A program made the position numbers and the translations under genes. This document shows, piece after piece, positions 38,330 to 46,980 of a stretch of 64,000 nt of DNA. How positions within the stretch are numbered: position 1 is the stretch's first letter; the number at the start of each line of letters is the position of its first letter. The DNA lies in contig JAKBMG010000199.1 of the NCBI GenBank assembly GCA_021831685.1, positions 2,100-66,099 on the forward strand. The letters are read 5' to 3'. The DNA comes from Bacteroidota bacterium. Its GTDB lineage: Bacteria; Bacteroidota; Ignavibacteria; Ignavibacteriales; Ignavibacteriaceae. Under the pieces are notes generated by a model. That model worked only from the letters and a program-made list of their open reading frames with translations. It was not told where the DNA came from and searched no databases.

Positions 38330-38860
38330 ATGAATAAACAATTTTTAAACCCGCGGTTTTTTATGATAACATTAATGGTACTGGCTGCCGCTGCATTAAG
38401 GCTTTTACCTCACTATCCCAACTTCACTCCCGTTGCTGGTATGGCACTGTTTGGCGGCGCTTATTTTTCCAATAAGAAAATTGCATTTGTTATTCCCTTT
38501 GCTGCAATGTTGCTCTCTGATTTGATCCTCGGATTCCACTCAACAATGTGGGCAGTTTATTTAAGCTTTGCTTTGATTGTTACGATTGGATTTTCATTAA
38601 GAAACGGAAAGAAAATTTCAAATATTTTCCTCGCAACTGTTTCATCTTCTGTCCTATTCTTTTTAATAACAAACTTTGCAGTTTGGCTTACCGGCAGCAT
38701 ATATCCTATGTCTTTTGCCGGTTTAACTGAATGCTTTGTTGCAGCTATTCCATTTTTCCATTACACAATGTTAGGCGATTTGTTTTACGCCGGTGTTTTC
38801 TTCGGTGCCTTTGAATTAGCTCAGTTGAAATTTCCTATTCTATCAAAAGTTAAAATATAA
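38330..38860 (+). CDS. small polytopic membrane protein (DUF6580-like), probably in the B12 regulon
   Basis: Five to six hydrophobic segments. The N-terminus (LRLLPHYPNFTPVAGMALFGGAYF) resembles the DUF6580 putative transport proteins I recall downstream of btuB in Bacteroidota. The assignment is from memory. A terminator follows. Confidence 0.5.
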   Translation: MNKQFLNPRFFMITLMVLAAAALRLLPHYPNFTPVAGMALFGGAYFSNKKIAFVIPFAAMLLSDLILGFHSTMWAVYLSFALIVTIGFSLRNGKKISNIFLATVSSSVLFFLITNFAVWLTGSIYPMSFAGLTECFVAAIPFFHYTMLGDLFYAGVFFGAFELAQLKFPILSKVKI

Positions 38861-38869
38861 ATTCTTATA

Positions 38870-38898
38870 GGACGATTCTCCGAATCGTCCTTTTTTTT
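38870..38898 (+). terminator. rho-independent terminator
   Basis: GGACGATT-ctccg-AATCGTCC followed by T8, 10 nt after the stop at 38860. Confidence 0.85.
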
Positions 38899-39119
38899 AA
38901 GCCTTCACAATAAAATTGTTTGCCCTGTCTGCAGAGAATTTGCTATAATATTTTTCTTTGATTACATTTTCCAATAAATTACTTATCTGGTTAAAAGAAA
39001 AAATCTTAGATTTTGATTAATTTTAGAATAACACTGTTCAATTACGTATATGGCTTAAAAGTAATGTATATCATTGTAGATTTACTGATTTCAAGGGTTT
39101 TTATACTATAAGGTAATTC

Positions 39120-39536
39120 ATGGATGAGATTAAAAAAGACAAATCCTCTACCAAAATTCTTAATCGCAGTGTACACATGGCAAATGAGCGAACGTTTCTT
39201 GCATGGATAAGAACTAGCATCGGAATAATGGCATTCGGTTTTGTTGTTGAAAAGTTTTCACTGTTTATAAAACAAATATCATATTTTTTGGGGAAATCTG
39301 GTTTACCAGAAACCCATGTTCCTCCCCCTCTTCATGGATATTCATCAATCTTTGGAATATTCCTTGTCGGGCTTGGTGCTTTGATGGGAGTGTTTTCATT
39401 TATCAAGTATAAGAATATTGAAAAACAAATAGACGAGGATACATATCGGCCATCATCAATACTTGACATGCTGCTTACATTGACTGTTCTTTCAGTCGGG
39501 ATTTTTCTTGTGGTCTATTTGATTCGCAGTACTTGA
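39120..39536 (+). CDS. DUF202/YidH-family membrane protein
   Basis: MANERTFLAWIRTSIGIMAFGFVVEKF, the DUF202 signature, and three TM segments. The true start may be the internal Met 19 codons downstream. Confidence 0.7.
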   Translation: MDEIKKDKSSTKILNRSVHMANERTFLAWIRTSIGIMAFGFVVEKFSLFIKQISYFLGKSGLPETHVPPPLHGYSSIFGIFLVGLGALMGVFSFIKYKNIEKQIDEDTYRPSSILDMLLTLTVLSVGIFLVVYLIRST

Positions 39537-39622
39537 ACCAGTAAAATGAAGATGAGTTTACACAAGAAGAGAATCTTGAAAGAATGTTAGGTTGCTACCC
39601 CATATAAAAAGAAAGTTTTAGA

Positions 39623-40480
39623 ATGACATCGTTTATCGCATTAATTTATTCACTACTTTTTGGATTGCTGCACGGGATTCTTCCGGACGAACACACATGG
39701 CCGATTACATTTAGTTACGCCATTGGCGGTGCAAGCGGCAAAGAGGGAATGAAAGCAGGATTGTACTTTTCTGCAGCCTTCACATTGCAGCGTGCTATTG
39801 TTTCAGAACTTGCCTACTTGGCATTAGCTCCATTTTTGCTAAAACCAACTGTAAATGGTATTGTTTACATTATTGTTGGGATTGCAATGTCCATTGCCGG
39901 TGGAATTGTTCTTCGCAAGAATCGTTATCTTCACATTCACTTATTAGGCCATCACCATGATAATGCAGGAGAAATTGAGAGAACGAGTCAAGTGCTCACT
40001 AAACACCATACAGAAAAGTCGGCTGAGGTAACGGTACCTCCCGTACATTGGACAATCATTCACGGATTCATAGCTGGTTTTGGTTTCGGTGGATTTTCAA
40101 TATTTGTCAACACCGTTGCAGCTCCTGCCATGCCAAGTCCATGGCTCGGATTTTTACCCGGACTTGTCTTCGGGCTCGGCACCATGATCATGCTGGTAAT
40201 TGTAGGCGGTGTATTTGGCGCTTCTTTGCGATGGATGCATGTGCTTACTGAACAAGAAATCAAACGGATCGGCTCACAGACTGGTGGACGGACATTGTTC
40301 TTCGGCGGAATTCTTTTCGGAGTTGCAGGAGTTGCGACACTGATGGGTTTAGTTCGTTACTTGCCGATTGATCCGGGATATACGCTTATTGCGCTTTTCA
40401 TGATCACAGTTGCAATTCCGGCTTTTCTTTTTTCATTGAAAGAAGTTCTTGCAACACGAAAATTGCCTTCAGTAAAATAG
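39623..40480 (+). CDS. polytopic membrane protein with a His-rich loop, putative Ni/Co (RcnA/NicO-like) transporter
   Basis: TM1 motif LLHGILPDEHTWP resembles the RcnA HxxxPGHGK motif. The central cytoplasmic loop is His-rich (HIHLLGHHHDNAGEIERTSQVLTKHH). There are six or more TM segments. The assignment is tentative. Confidence 0.45.
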   Translation: MTSFIALIYSLLFGLLHGILPDEHTWPITFSYAIGGASGKEGMKAGLYFSAAFTLQRAIVSELAYLALAPFLLKPTVNGIVYIIVGIAMSIAGGIVLRKNRYLHIHLLGHHHDNAGEIERTSQVLTKHHTEKSAEVTVPPVHWTIIHGFIAGFGFGGFSIFVNTVAAPAMPSPWLGFLPGLVFGLGTMIMLVIVGGVFGASLRWMHVLTEQEIKRIGSQTGGRTLFFGGILFGVAGVATLMGLVRYLPIDPGYTLIALFMITVAIPAFLFSLKEVLATRKLPSVK

Positions 40481-40892
40481 ACCCCCAACATTTGGCTGAT
40501 CGGTTTTTAAATAATAATGTTATAGAGAGTTAAAATTATCCTTTGCTTCGATAGAAAAAATTTAACTGAATATCATTTCATAGTTTAGTTTACGAATTTT
40601 TATAGTTGATTTTTTGCACAACAATTATTTCTACCCGTCGAATTTTGTTCCAGACATAAAAATATTGTAAAAAAATAATTTGGCGGAATAAGAACTGGTT
40701 ATTATGTTTAGCACGACAAATTTAAAACCCTAAGGGATAATTGTTTACTGCTTTATTATGATTATTATGGTTGAACTAAAAAAATTGCCTACAAAAAATT
40801 TCCTTGTTACTTATAACATTGATTAAACAGATGCAGTATATTATAGAAATAATTTCATAAATATCTAATTCAAACTAAAATAGAGGTGATCG

Positions 40893-43064
40893 ATGGAACT
40901 TCAGTTAATTTTTGCCATTAGTATTATTGGACTATTGTTTGCTGTTTATCTAATCAGAGATGTTCTTAAGCGCGATACGGGAAGCGAAAAAATGCAGGAA
41001 ATCTCGAATGCTATTAAAGAGGGAGCTGAAGCATTTCTGCGTCGACAAAATAAAACCATTCTTTATATGGCAATTGCATTGGCGGCTTTCATCTATATTA
41101 TGTATGCCATTTTCAGAACACCTACTGCGAACGATCCAGCCAGTCCAAGTCAGCTTGCTTTATGGACAACCATTTCCTTTATATTTGGTGCGCTTTGCTC
41201 TGTTGCCGCCGGATATATGGGAATGTGGGTAGCTATTAGATCAAACATCAGAACTGCGTCGGCAGCAATGAAAGGTATGAACGGCGCACTGCAGACTGCT
41301 TTACGCGGTGGAGCTGTCTCAGGATTTTTTGTAGTTGCAATGAGCTTGCTCGGTGTTGCCGGATTATTTACTCTTGTTAAAGTTTCCGGCGTTACTCAGG
41401 ATGTTACAAAAATACCTTTAATGATTGTCGGATATGGATTTGGTGCAAGCTTTGTTGCATTGTTTGCACAACTTGGTGGGGGAATTTACACCAAGGCAGC
41501 GGATGTAGGTGCAGATTTAGTTGGTAAAGTAGAGGCAGGAATTCCCGAAGATGATCCGAGAAATCCTGCAGTTATTGCTGACCTTGTAGGTGATAACGTT
41601 GGCGATTGCGCAGGTCGTGGAGCAGATTTATTTGAATCAACCGCTGCAGAAAATATTGGTGCTATGATTTTAGCTGCAACTTTATACAAAGCTAATTTTG
41701 CTTCTATGAATAATGAGGGGTTAACGTTATTAGGAGTTTTATTATTTCCGCTTGTTGCCCGCGCCTTTGGTATTCTCGCCTCAATCGTTGGCGTTATGAT
41801 TGTAAGGACTAATGACAAAGAAGATCCGATGCAAGCTCTGAACAGAGGATTTTACGTTACTGCCACATTGGCAACTGTAGGATTCTTTATTGCATCAAAG
41901 TGGCTGCTAGGTTCACATTACCTGAACTTTTTCTTTTGCGGTGCAATAGGAGTTTTAATTTCATTAGCGTTTGTTTATATAACTCAATATTATACAGAAT
42001 ATAAATACCGACCAGTAAAATATATTGCCGATGCTTCTCAGACAGGTCCCGCTACGAATATAATAGCCGGTCTGGCTATTGGAATGGAATCAACTGGTTT
42101 CCCTGCATTGGTAATCGGCGCCGGAATTGTAAGTACATATTTTATAGGTCAGGCTACAGGGTTAAAAGATGCAGGTCTTTTCGGGACTGCAGTTGCTACT
42201 ATGGGAATGCTTGGTTCAGCAGCTTATATTTTAGCGATGGATACTTTTGGACCGATCACGGATAATGCTGGCGGAATAATTGAAATGAGCCAGCAAGAAG
42301 AATCCGTAAGAATAAAAACCGACCGACTTGATGCTGTTGGTAATACTACAAAAGCATTGACAAAAGGATATGCTGTTGGATCGGCAGCTTTAGCAGCATT
42401 TCTTTTATTCGGAGCTTATATTGACGAAGTAAAAAATTATATGCCTTCCTTCCAGGGTGTAATAAATCTTGATAAGCCGGAAGTTTTTGTAGGCGCTCTT
42501 TTAGGAGCAATGCTAGTAATTATTTTTTCTTCCTTTGCAATAAAAGCTGTCGGAAAAGCTGCATACGCAATAATAAATAATGTTAGAGAGCAATTCAAAA
42601 ATAATCCGGGGATAATGCAAGGCACTTCAAAACCGGATTACGGTCAATGTGTAGATATTGCAACCAAAGCTGCCTTAAGAAAAATGGTTGTACCCGGATT
42701 GCTTGTTGTTGGAATGACAATAGGAGTAGGGTTAGTTTTTAAATGGATTTATTATTGGGGCGGAGGAGTAAATAATCCTACTGGCGCACTCGGCGCTGAA
42801 GTAATCGGAGGATACTTAATGGTCGGAACAATCACCGGAATTCTGTTTGCGTTATTCATGAACAATGGCGGAGGAGCCTGGGATAATGCCAAAAAATTTA
42901 TCGAAACCGGCGCATACGGCGGGAAAAAATCCGACCCTCACAAAGCTTCTGTTGTTGGCGATACTGTCGGTGATCCGTTTAAGGACACAGCAGGCCCATC
43001 TTTGCATGTTTTAATAAAATTATTGGCAACATTAACGCTTGTACTAGCTCCGTTGTTTATTTAA
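40893..43064 (+). CDS. hppA: membrane-bound proton/sodium-translocating pyrophosphatase
   Basis: Canonical H+-PPase motifs GGGIYTKAADVGADLVGKVE, DPRNPAVIADLVGDNVGDCAGRGADLFES and VGDTVGDPFKDTAGPSL. About 16 TM segments. Confidence 0.93.
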   Translation: MELQLIFAISIIGLLFAVYLIRDVLKRDTGSEKMQEISNAIKEGAEAFLRRQNKTILYMAIALAAFIYIMYAIFRTPTANDPASPSQLALWTTISFIFGALCSVAAGYMGMWVAIRSNIRTASAAMKGMNGALQTALRGGAVSGFFVVAMSLLGVAGLFTLVKVSGVTQDVTKIPLMIVGYGFGASFVALFAQLGGGIYTKAADVGADLVGKVEAGIPEDDPRNPAVIADLVGDNVGDCAGRGADLFESTAAENIGAMILAATLYKANFASMNNEGLTLLGVLLFPLVARAFGILASIVGVMIVRTNDKEDPMQALNRGFYVTATLATVGFFIASKWLLGSHYLNFFFCGAIGVLISLAFVYITQYYTEYKYRPVKYIADASQTGPATNIIAGLAIGMESTGFPALVIGAGIVSTYFIGQATGLKDAGLFGTAVATMGMLGSAAYILAMDTFGPITDNAGGIIEMSQQEESVRIKTDRLDAVGNTTKALTKGYAVGSAALAAFLLFGAYIDEVKNYMPSFQGVINLDKPEVFVGALLGAMLVIIFSSFAIKAVGKAAYAIINNVREQFKNNPGIMQGTSKPDYGQCVDIATKAALRKMVVPGLLVVGMTIGVGLVFKWIYYWGGGVNNPTGALGAEVIGGYLMVGTITGILFALFMNNGGGAWDNAKKFIETGAYGGKKSDPHKASVVGDTVGDPFKDTAGPSLHVLIKLLATLTLVLAPLFI

Positions 43065-43083
43065 TTTTAGAAAAATCAAGACC

Positions 43084-43121
43084 AAATCCCGATTTTCTGA
43101 AAAGGAAATCGGGATTTTTTT
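43084..43121 (+). terminator. rho-independent terminator (hppA)
   Basis: AAATCCCGATTT-N10-AAATCGGGATTT followed by a T-run, 20 nt after the stop. Confidence 0.85.
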
Positions 43122-43277
43122 AGTATCAAAAAAATTCATCTAAATTGAAAATCTACTTGACAAAGGAACTCGATTTGAATAGTTTTTGCAATCTTTTATT
43201 TAACCGCTAAACAAACTAGCTTAAAAATATATTTCTAAACTTTTTGATTTGCTAATACAATAAAAAGGAGCTATAGC

Positions 43278-44777
43278 ATGAAGCAAATTTTTGCGACAAA
43301 ACCATTGAGTGTTCTATTGGATGAAGTTAAAAGCGAAAACCGCTTGCGCCGCGTTCTTGGGCCGGTTGCACTTACAAGTCTTGGCGTTGGAGCAATAATC
43401 GGTACAGGAATTTTTGTTTTAACCGGCGTTGCAGCCCACGATAAAAGTGGTCCCGCAATAGTTTTATCATTTGTAGTTTCCGGGATTGCCTGTGTTTTTG
43501 CGGCATTATCGTATGCAGAATTTGCTTCAATGGTTCCGGTTGCGGGGTCAGCATATACTTATGCATACGCAACTTTAGGAGAATTATTTGCATGGATAAT
43601 CGGGTGGGATTTAATTCTAGAATACGCTGTGGCTTCTGCTACTGTTGCGCACGGATGGTCGCATTATTTTCAGGATTTTATTAGCATATTGGGAGTAAAA
43701 TTTGCGCCTACTATTTCAAATGCTCCTTTTGATTTTAATCCCACTACCGGACTTCTTGCATCAACGGGATCAGTCCTGGATCTTCCGGCAATCTTAATTA
43801 CGGTTTTAATCACTTTTATTCTTGTAAAAGGAATTAAAGAAAGTGCCGGCTTCAACGCAGGAATTGTTATAACGAAATTAGCAATAGTACTTCTTGTAAT
43901 AATTGTGGGAGCGTTTTATATAAATCCAGCAAATTGGCACCCGTTCGCGCCTTACGGCTATTCCGGACTTAGCCTATTCGGGAAAACAATATGGGGACAG
44001 ACAGGTCCCGGAGGGGCTCCGGTAGGAGTTTTAGCAGGAGCAGCAATTATATTTTTTGCATATATAGGATTTGATTCTGTCTCTACACATTCTGAGGAGG
44101 CTAAGAATCCGAAACGAGATGTACCCATAGGAATTATTACTTCATTAATCCTTTGCACGATTCTATATATTGCAGTTTCAGGTATATTAACAGGAATGGT
44201 TGGATACAACAAAATAGATATTAATGCGCCAGTGTCTAATGCATTCAAGCAAGTTGGATTAGTTTGGGCGGAATTTTTAGTTTCGTTAGGAGCAGTTGCA
44301 GGAATAACATCCGTTCTACTTGTTATGATGTTGAGCCAAGCTAGAATATTTTTGGCAATGGCAAGAGACGGGCTGCTTCCTACTAAATTTTTCGGAGATG
44401 TGCATGCAAAATACAGAACACCATGGAAGTCGACCATACTCACGGGTGCTTTTGTTTCTATCTTAGCGGGATTTTTACCTTTAAGGGTTCTTGCAGATTT
44501 GGTAAACATAGGAACTCTATTTGCTTTTGTAGTAGTATGTGCCGCAGTAATAATTATGAGAAAAACACACCCGGAAGCCGAACGACCATTCAGGGCACCG
44601 TTTGTACCGCTTGTTCCAATATTAGGGATCATAATTTGCTCACTCTTAATGTTTTCGCTTCCAGAAGAAAATTGGTTAAGATTGTTTGGATGGCTTGCAA
44701 TTGGTTTAGTGATTTATTTCTTTTACGGAAGACATCACAGCATTATGCATAGATTGATGAAAGAGGAAGGGAAATAA
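43278..44777 (+). CDS. APC-superfamily amino acid permease (cationic amino acid transporter-like)
   Basis: LGVGAIIGTGIFVLTG and FAYIGFD motifs, about 13-14 TM segments and a CAT-type C-terminal extension. Confidence 0.85.
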   Translation: MKQIFATKPLSVLLDEVKSENRLRRVLGPVALTSLGVGAIIGTGIFVLTGVAAHDKSGPAIVLSFVVSGIACVFAALSYAEFASMVPVAGSAYTYAYATLGELFAWIIGWDLILEYAVASATVAHGWSHYFQDFISILGVKFAPTISNAPFDFNPTTGLLASTGSVLDLPAILITVLITFILVKGIKESAGFNAGIVITKLAIVLLVIIVGAFYINPANWHPFAPYGYSGLSLFGKTIWGQTGPGGAPVGVLAGAAIIFFAYIGFDSVSTHSEEAKNPKRDVPIGIITSLILCTILYIAVSGILTGMVGYNKIDINAPVSNAFKQVGLVWAEFLVSLGAVAGITSVLLVMMLSQARIFLAMARDGLLPTKFFGDVHAKYRTPWKSTILTGAFVSILAGFLPLRVLADLVNIGTLFAFVVVCAAVIIMRKTHPEAERPFRAPFVPLVPILGIIICSLLMFSLPEENWLRLFGWLAIGLVIYFFYGRHHSIMHRLMKEEGK

Positions 44778-44846
44778 TTTTTATTGTTAAAAGCGTCACT
44801 TAAACAATAGTTGGTTTAGAATATTTTTTAGTCATAGGTAAAACAA

Positions 44847-44880
44847 AACAATGTTCCTAAGCATCTAAAGGAATGTTGTT
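44847..44880 (+). terminator. hairpin downstream of the permease gene (possible terminator)
   Basis: AACAATGTTCCT-N10-AGGAATGTTGTT, a 12-bp stem that includes two G-U pairs in RNA. The downstream tract is only moderately T-rich. Confidence 0.4.
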
Positions 44881-44932
44881 ATTATAATTTGAAAATTTTA
44901 TGAGCTTAATTTTCTGAGAAAGGATTTAGATA

Positions 44933-45583
44933 ATGTATAACCCCAGTCTCCTTGATCTTGTTGCCAAAGGAGGTTACGTAATATTTATTTTAGTTATTTG
45001 CTCTTTACTATCTGTAAAGGTTATAATAGAAAAATTAATTACATTCAAAGGCATTACTGAAAAAGTGATAAGCGATTTTATGCACAACATCTATCGCAGT
45101 CTAAAGGCTAATGATTTAAATGATGCACTCTATGTTTGTAAATCAAGCACATGGAATTGGTGGTTTCTAAAAGTCAAATGCCCGCTTACAAATGTTGTTG
45201 CCTATATAATTGAACAATCAAAAGAATCAAAAGAAGAACTTGAGCAAATGGCGTACACTCAGCTAGATAAAGAAATCGCAAAGATGGAAAAAGGCTTAGG
45301 CATTCTTGCAACACTAGGGAGTATTTCTCCCTTCATCGGATTGTTCGGAACAGTTGTAGGAATTATTAAGTCATTTAATGCTCTTTCAGTTCAAGACAGC
45401 TCAAATTATACAATGGTTATGAGCGGTATAGCAGATGCTCTTATTGCAACAGCAGCGGGTCTTTTGGTTGCAGTGCCTGCAGTTATGTTTTATAATTATT
45501 TTATGAAAAGATTAAAATTAAGTATGCCACTTTATGATGAAGCAATTCAAAAGACTTTGCGATACATTAAGATGTTGAAATGA
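44933..45583 (+). CDS. exbB: MotA/TolQ/ExbB proton channel protein (second Ton set)
   Basis: Three TM segments and the conserved region ISPFIGLFGTVVGIIKSF...ALIATAAGL. Confidence 0.8.
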   Translation: MYNPSLLDLVAKGGYVIFILVICSLLSVKVIIEKLITFKGITEKVISDFMHNIYRSLKANDLNDALYVCKSSTWNWWFLKVKCPLTNVVAYIIEQSKESKEELEQMAYTQLDKEIAKMEKGLGILATLGSISPFIGLFGTVVGIIKSFNALSVQDSSNYTMVMSGIADALIATAAGLLVAVPAVMFYNYFMKRLKLSMPLYDEAIQKTLRYIKMLK

Positions 45584-45593
45584 GAAGAAATAA

Positions 45594-45995
45594 ATGAGAA
45601 GATATAAATTAGACGAGAAAGAATTTTCCGAAATAAATATTACACCGTTTACAGATGTTATATTAGTCGTGTTGATTATTTTTATGATTACCAGCCCTTT
45701 TTTAATTACTGGAGCCTTAAAAGTCAAGTTGCCTCAATCGTCTGCGTCTCAAACAACTGTAAGTAATAATATTGAAGTATATTTGAACGATCAGAACCAA
45801 ATATTCCTAAACAATAAACAAGTTGATATAAGCCAGTTACCTGCAGAACTTCAGACAGAGTTTATTCAAAAAAATAACCACGATGTTATAGTAAAGGCTG
45901 ATAAAAATGCAATATACGGAAGCGTGGTGCAACTTCTTGATGCCCTTAAAAATGCGGGAGCTACTAAGCTTCTAATGGCTACTATGAAAAAATAA
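45594..45995 (+). CDS. exbD: ExbD/TolR biopolymer transport protein (second Ton set)
   Basis: INITPFTDVILVVLIIFMIT motif and a 133-aa size. Confidence 0.8.
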   Translation: MRRYKLDEKEFSEINITPFTDVILVVLIIFMITSPFLITGALKVKLPQSSASQTTVSNNIEVYLNDQNQIFLNNKQVDISQLPAELQTEFIQKNNHDVIVKADKNAIYGSVVQLLDALKNAGATKLLMATMKK

Positions 45996-46179
45996 TTCAA
46001 TATTAGTGAATTGTTTTCAGCTAATCATTTTTACCGCTAATGATAAAATGTTCATCGATCGAATTTTTTCCCTTATAATTAGGTATGAGATAAGAAAGTC
46101 TATTTCATGCAAGGTTTAAAGATGCCCTCGAGGATTGAATGGGGAAATATTTCTTTTCAAACGCTAGATAGTTAAATTC

Positions 46180-46902
46180 ATGAATAAATTGAATAACACA
46201 AAATTCTCACTTATAGTTTCAATTGTTTTTCATGTAATAATTATATTACTCGTTTCATTATCATTTAATCCATCACAGAAGATAGAAAAAGACAAGTATG
46301 TTGAGATTGGATTTGGAGGAGCAACTGAGTCAAATTCACCAGGCTCTCCAGGGGGAGGTATTGCTGAAGTAAGAAAAATTGTTGAGAAAAAGATTAAGGT
46401 GAAGAAGGAAAAAAGCATAAAAAAAAAGGAAATAGTTAGAGAATCAAAAAGCAGCTTAAGTCCTATAGCAGTTGACACGGGGAAAGTATTGGCAAAGCCC
46501 GGAGATTATGCGGGGGGAGGGAGTTCAAATGGAAAACCAGGGAACGGAGGTTCGGGGAATGGTGCAAATGGAAGCGGGCCCCCTAAAGCGGGAAAAATTG
46601 CAAGCCTGGATATTTATTATGTCGCAGTTGATCAAATGCCAGTGCCGGTAGGTGGAATGTCAAATATAAATGCGCGCGTCGTTTACCCCCCTGCTGCCGC
46701 TGCGAATAATATTCATGGAACCGTATACGTGGAAGCATTTATTGATGAATTAGGAACTGTAAGGAAAATTTCGCTTCTAAAAGGATTGGGTTATGGATGC
46801 GACCAAGCAGCCATAAACGCTGTGAAGTGGACAAAGTTTGAGGCAGGACAAAAGCATGGGGTGCCTGTAAAAGTAAGAATGACAATCCCTATCCATTTTT
46901 AG
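46180..46902 (+). CDS. tonB: TonB-family protein with a Gly/Asn-rich linker
   Basis: N-terminal TM anchor, a Lys-rich segment, a Gly/Asn-rich linker (GGGSSNGKPGNGGSGNGANGSGPP) and a C-terminal TonB domain (YPPAAAANNIHGTVYVEAFIDELGTV...VPVKV). Confidence 0.75.
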   Translation: MNKLNNTKFSLIVSIVFHVIIILLVSLSFNPSQKIEKDKYVEIGFGGATESNSPGSPGGGIAEVRKIVEKKIKVKKEKSIKKKEIVRESKSSLSPIAVDTGKVLAKPGDYAGGGSSNGKPGNGGSGNGANGSGPPKAGKIASLDIYYVAVDQMPVPVGGMSNINARVVYPPAAAANNIHGTVYVEAFIDELGTVRKISLLKGLGYGCDQAAINAVKWTKFEAGQKHGVPVKVRMTIPIHF

Positions 46903-46938
46903 ATAACCAATAAATCTTTAAGCTCAACCGATAAAATT

Positions 46939-46973
46939 AGAGAGTAATCTATAAGATAATTTGATTACTCTCT
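46939..46973. terminator. hairpin between convergent tonB and the RND pump gene
   Basis: AGAGAGTAATC-N13-GATTACTCTCT, a perfect 11-bp stem between the stops at 46902 (+) and 46981 (-). Confidence 0.6.
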
Positions 46974-46980
46974 TAAAATT

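Noticed and set aside
43958-44632. Long antisense or alternative-frame ORFs inside strong genes: 224 aa here, 150 aa at 12890..13342, 123 aa at 19680..20051, 123 aa at 48509..48880, and many of 60-110 aa.
   Set aside because: Each lies wholly within a motif-supported gene on the opposite strand or in another frame, and none has a recognisable motif of its own.
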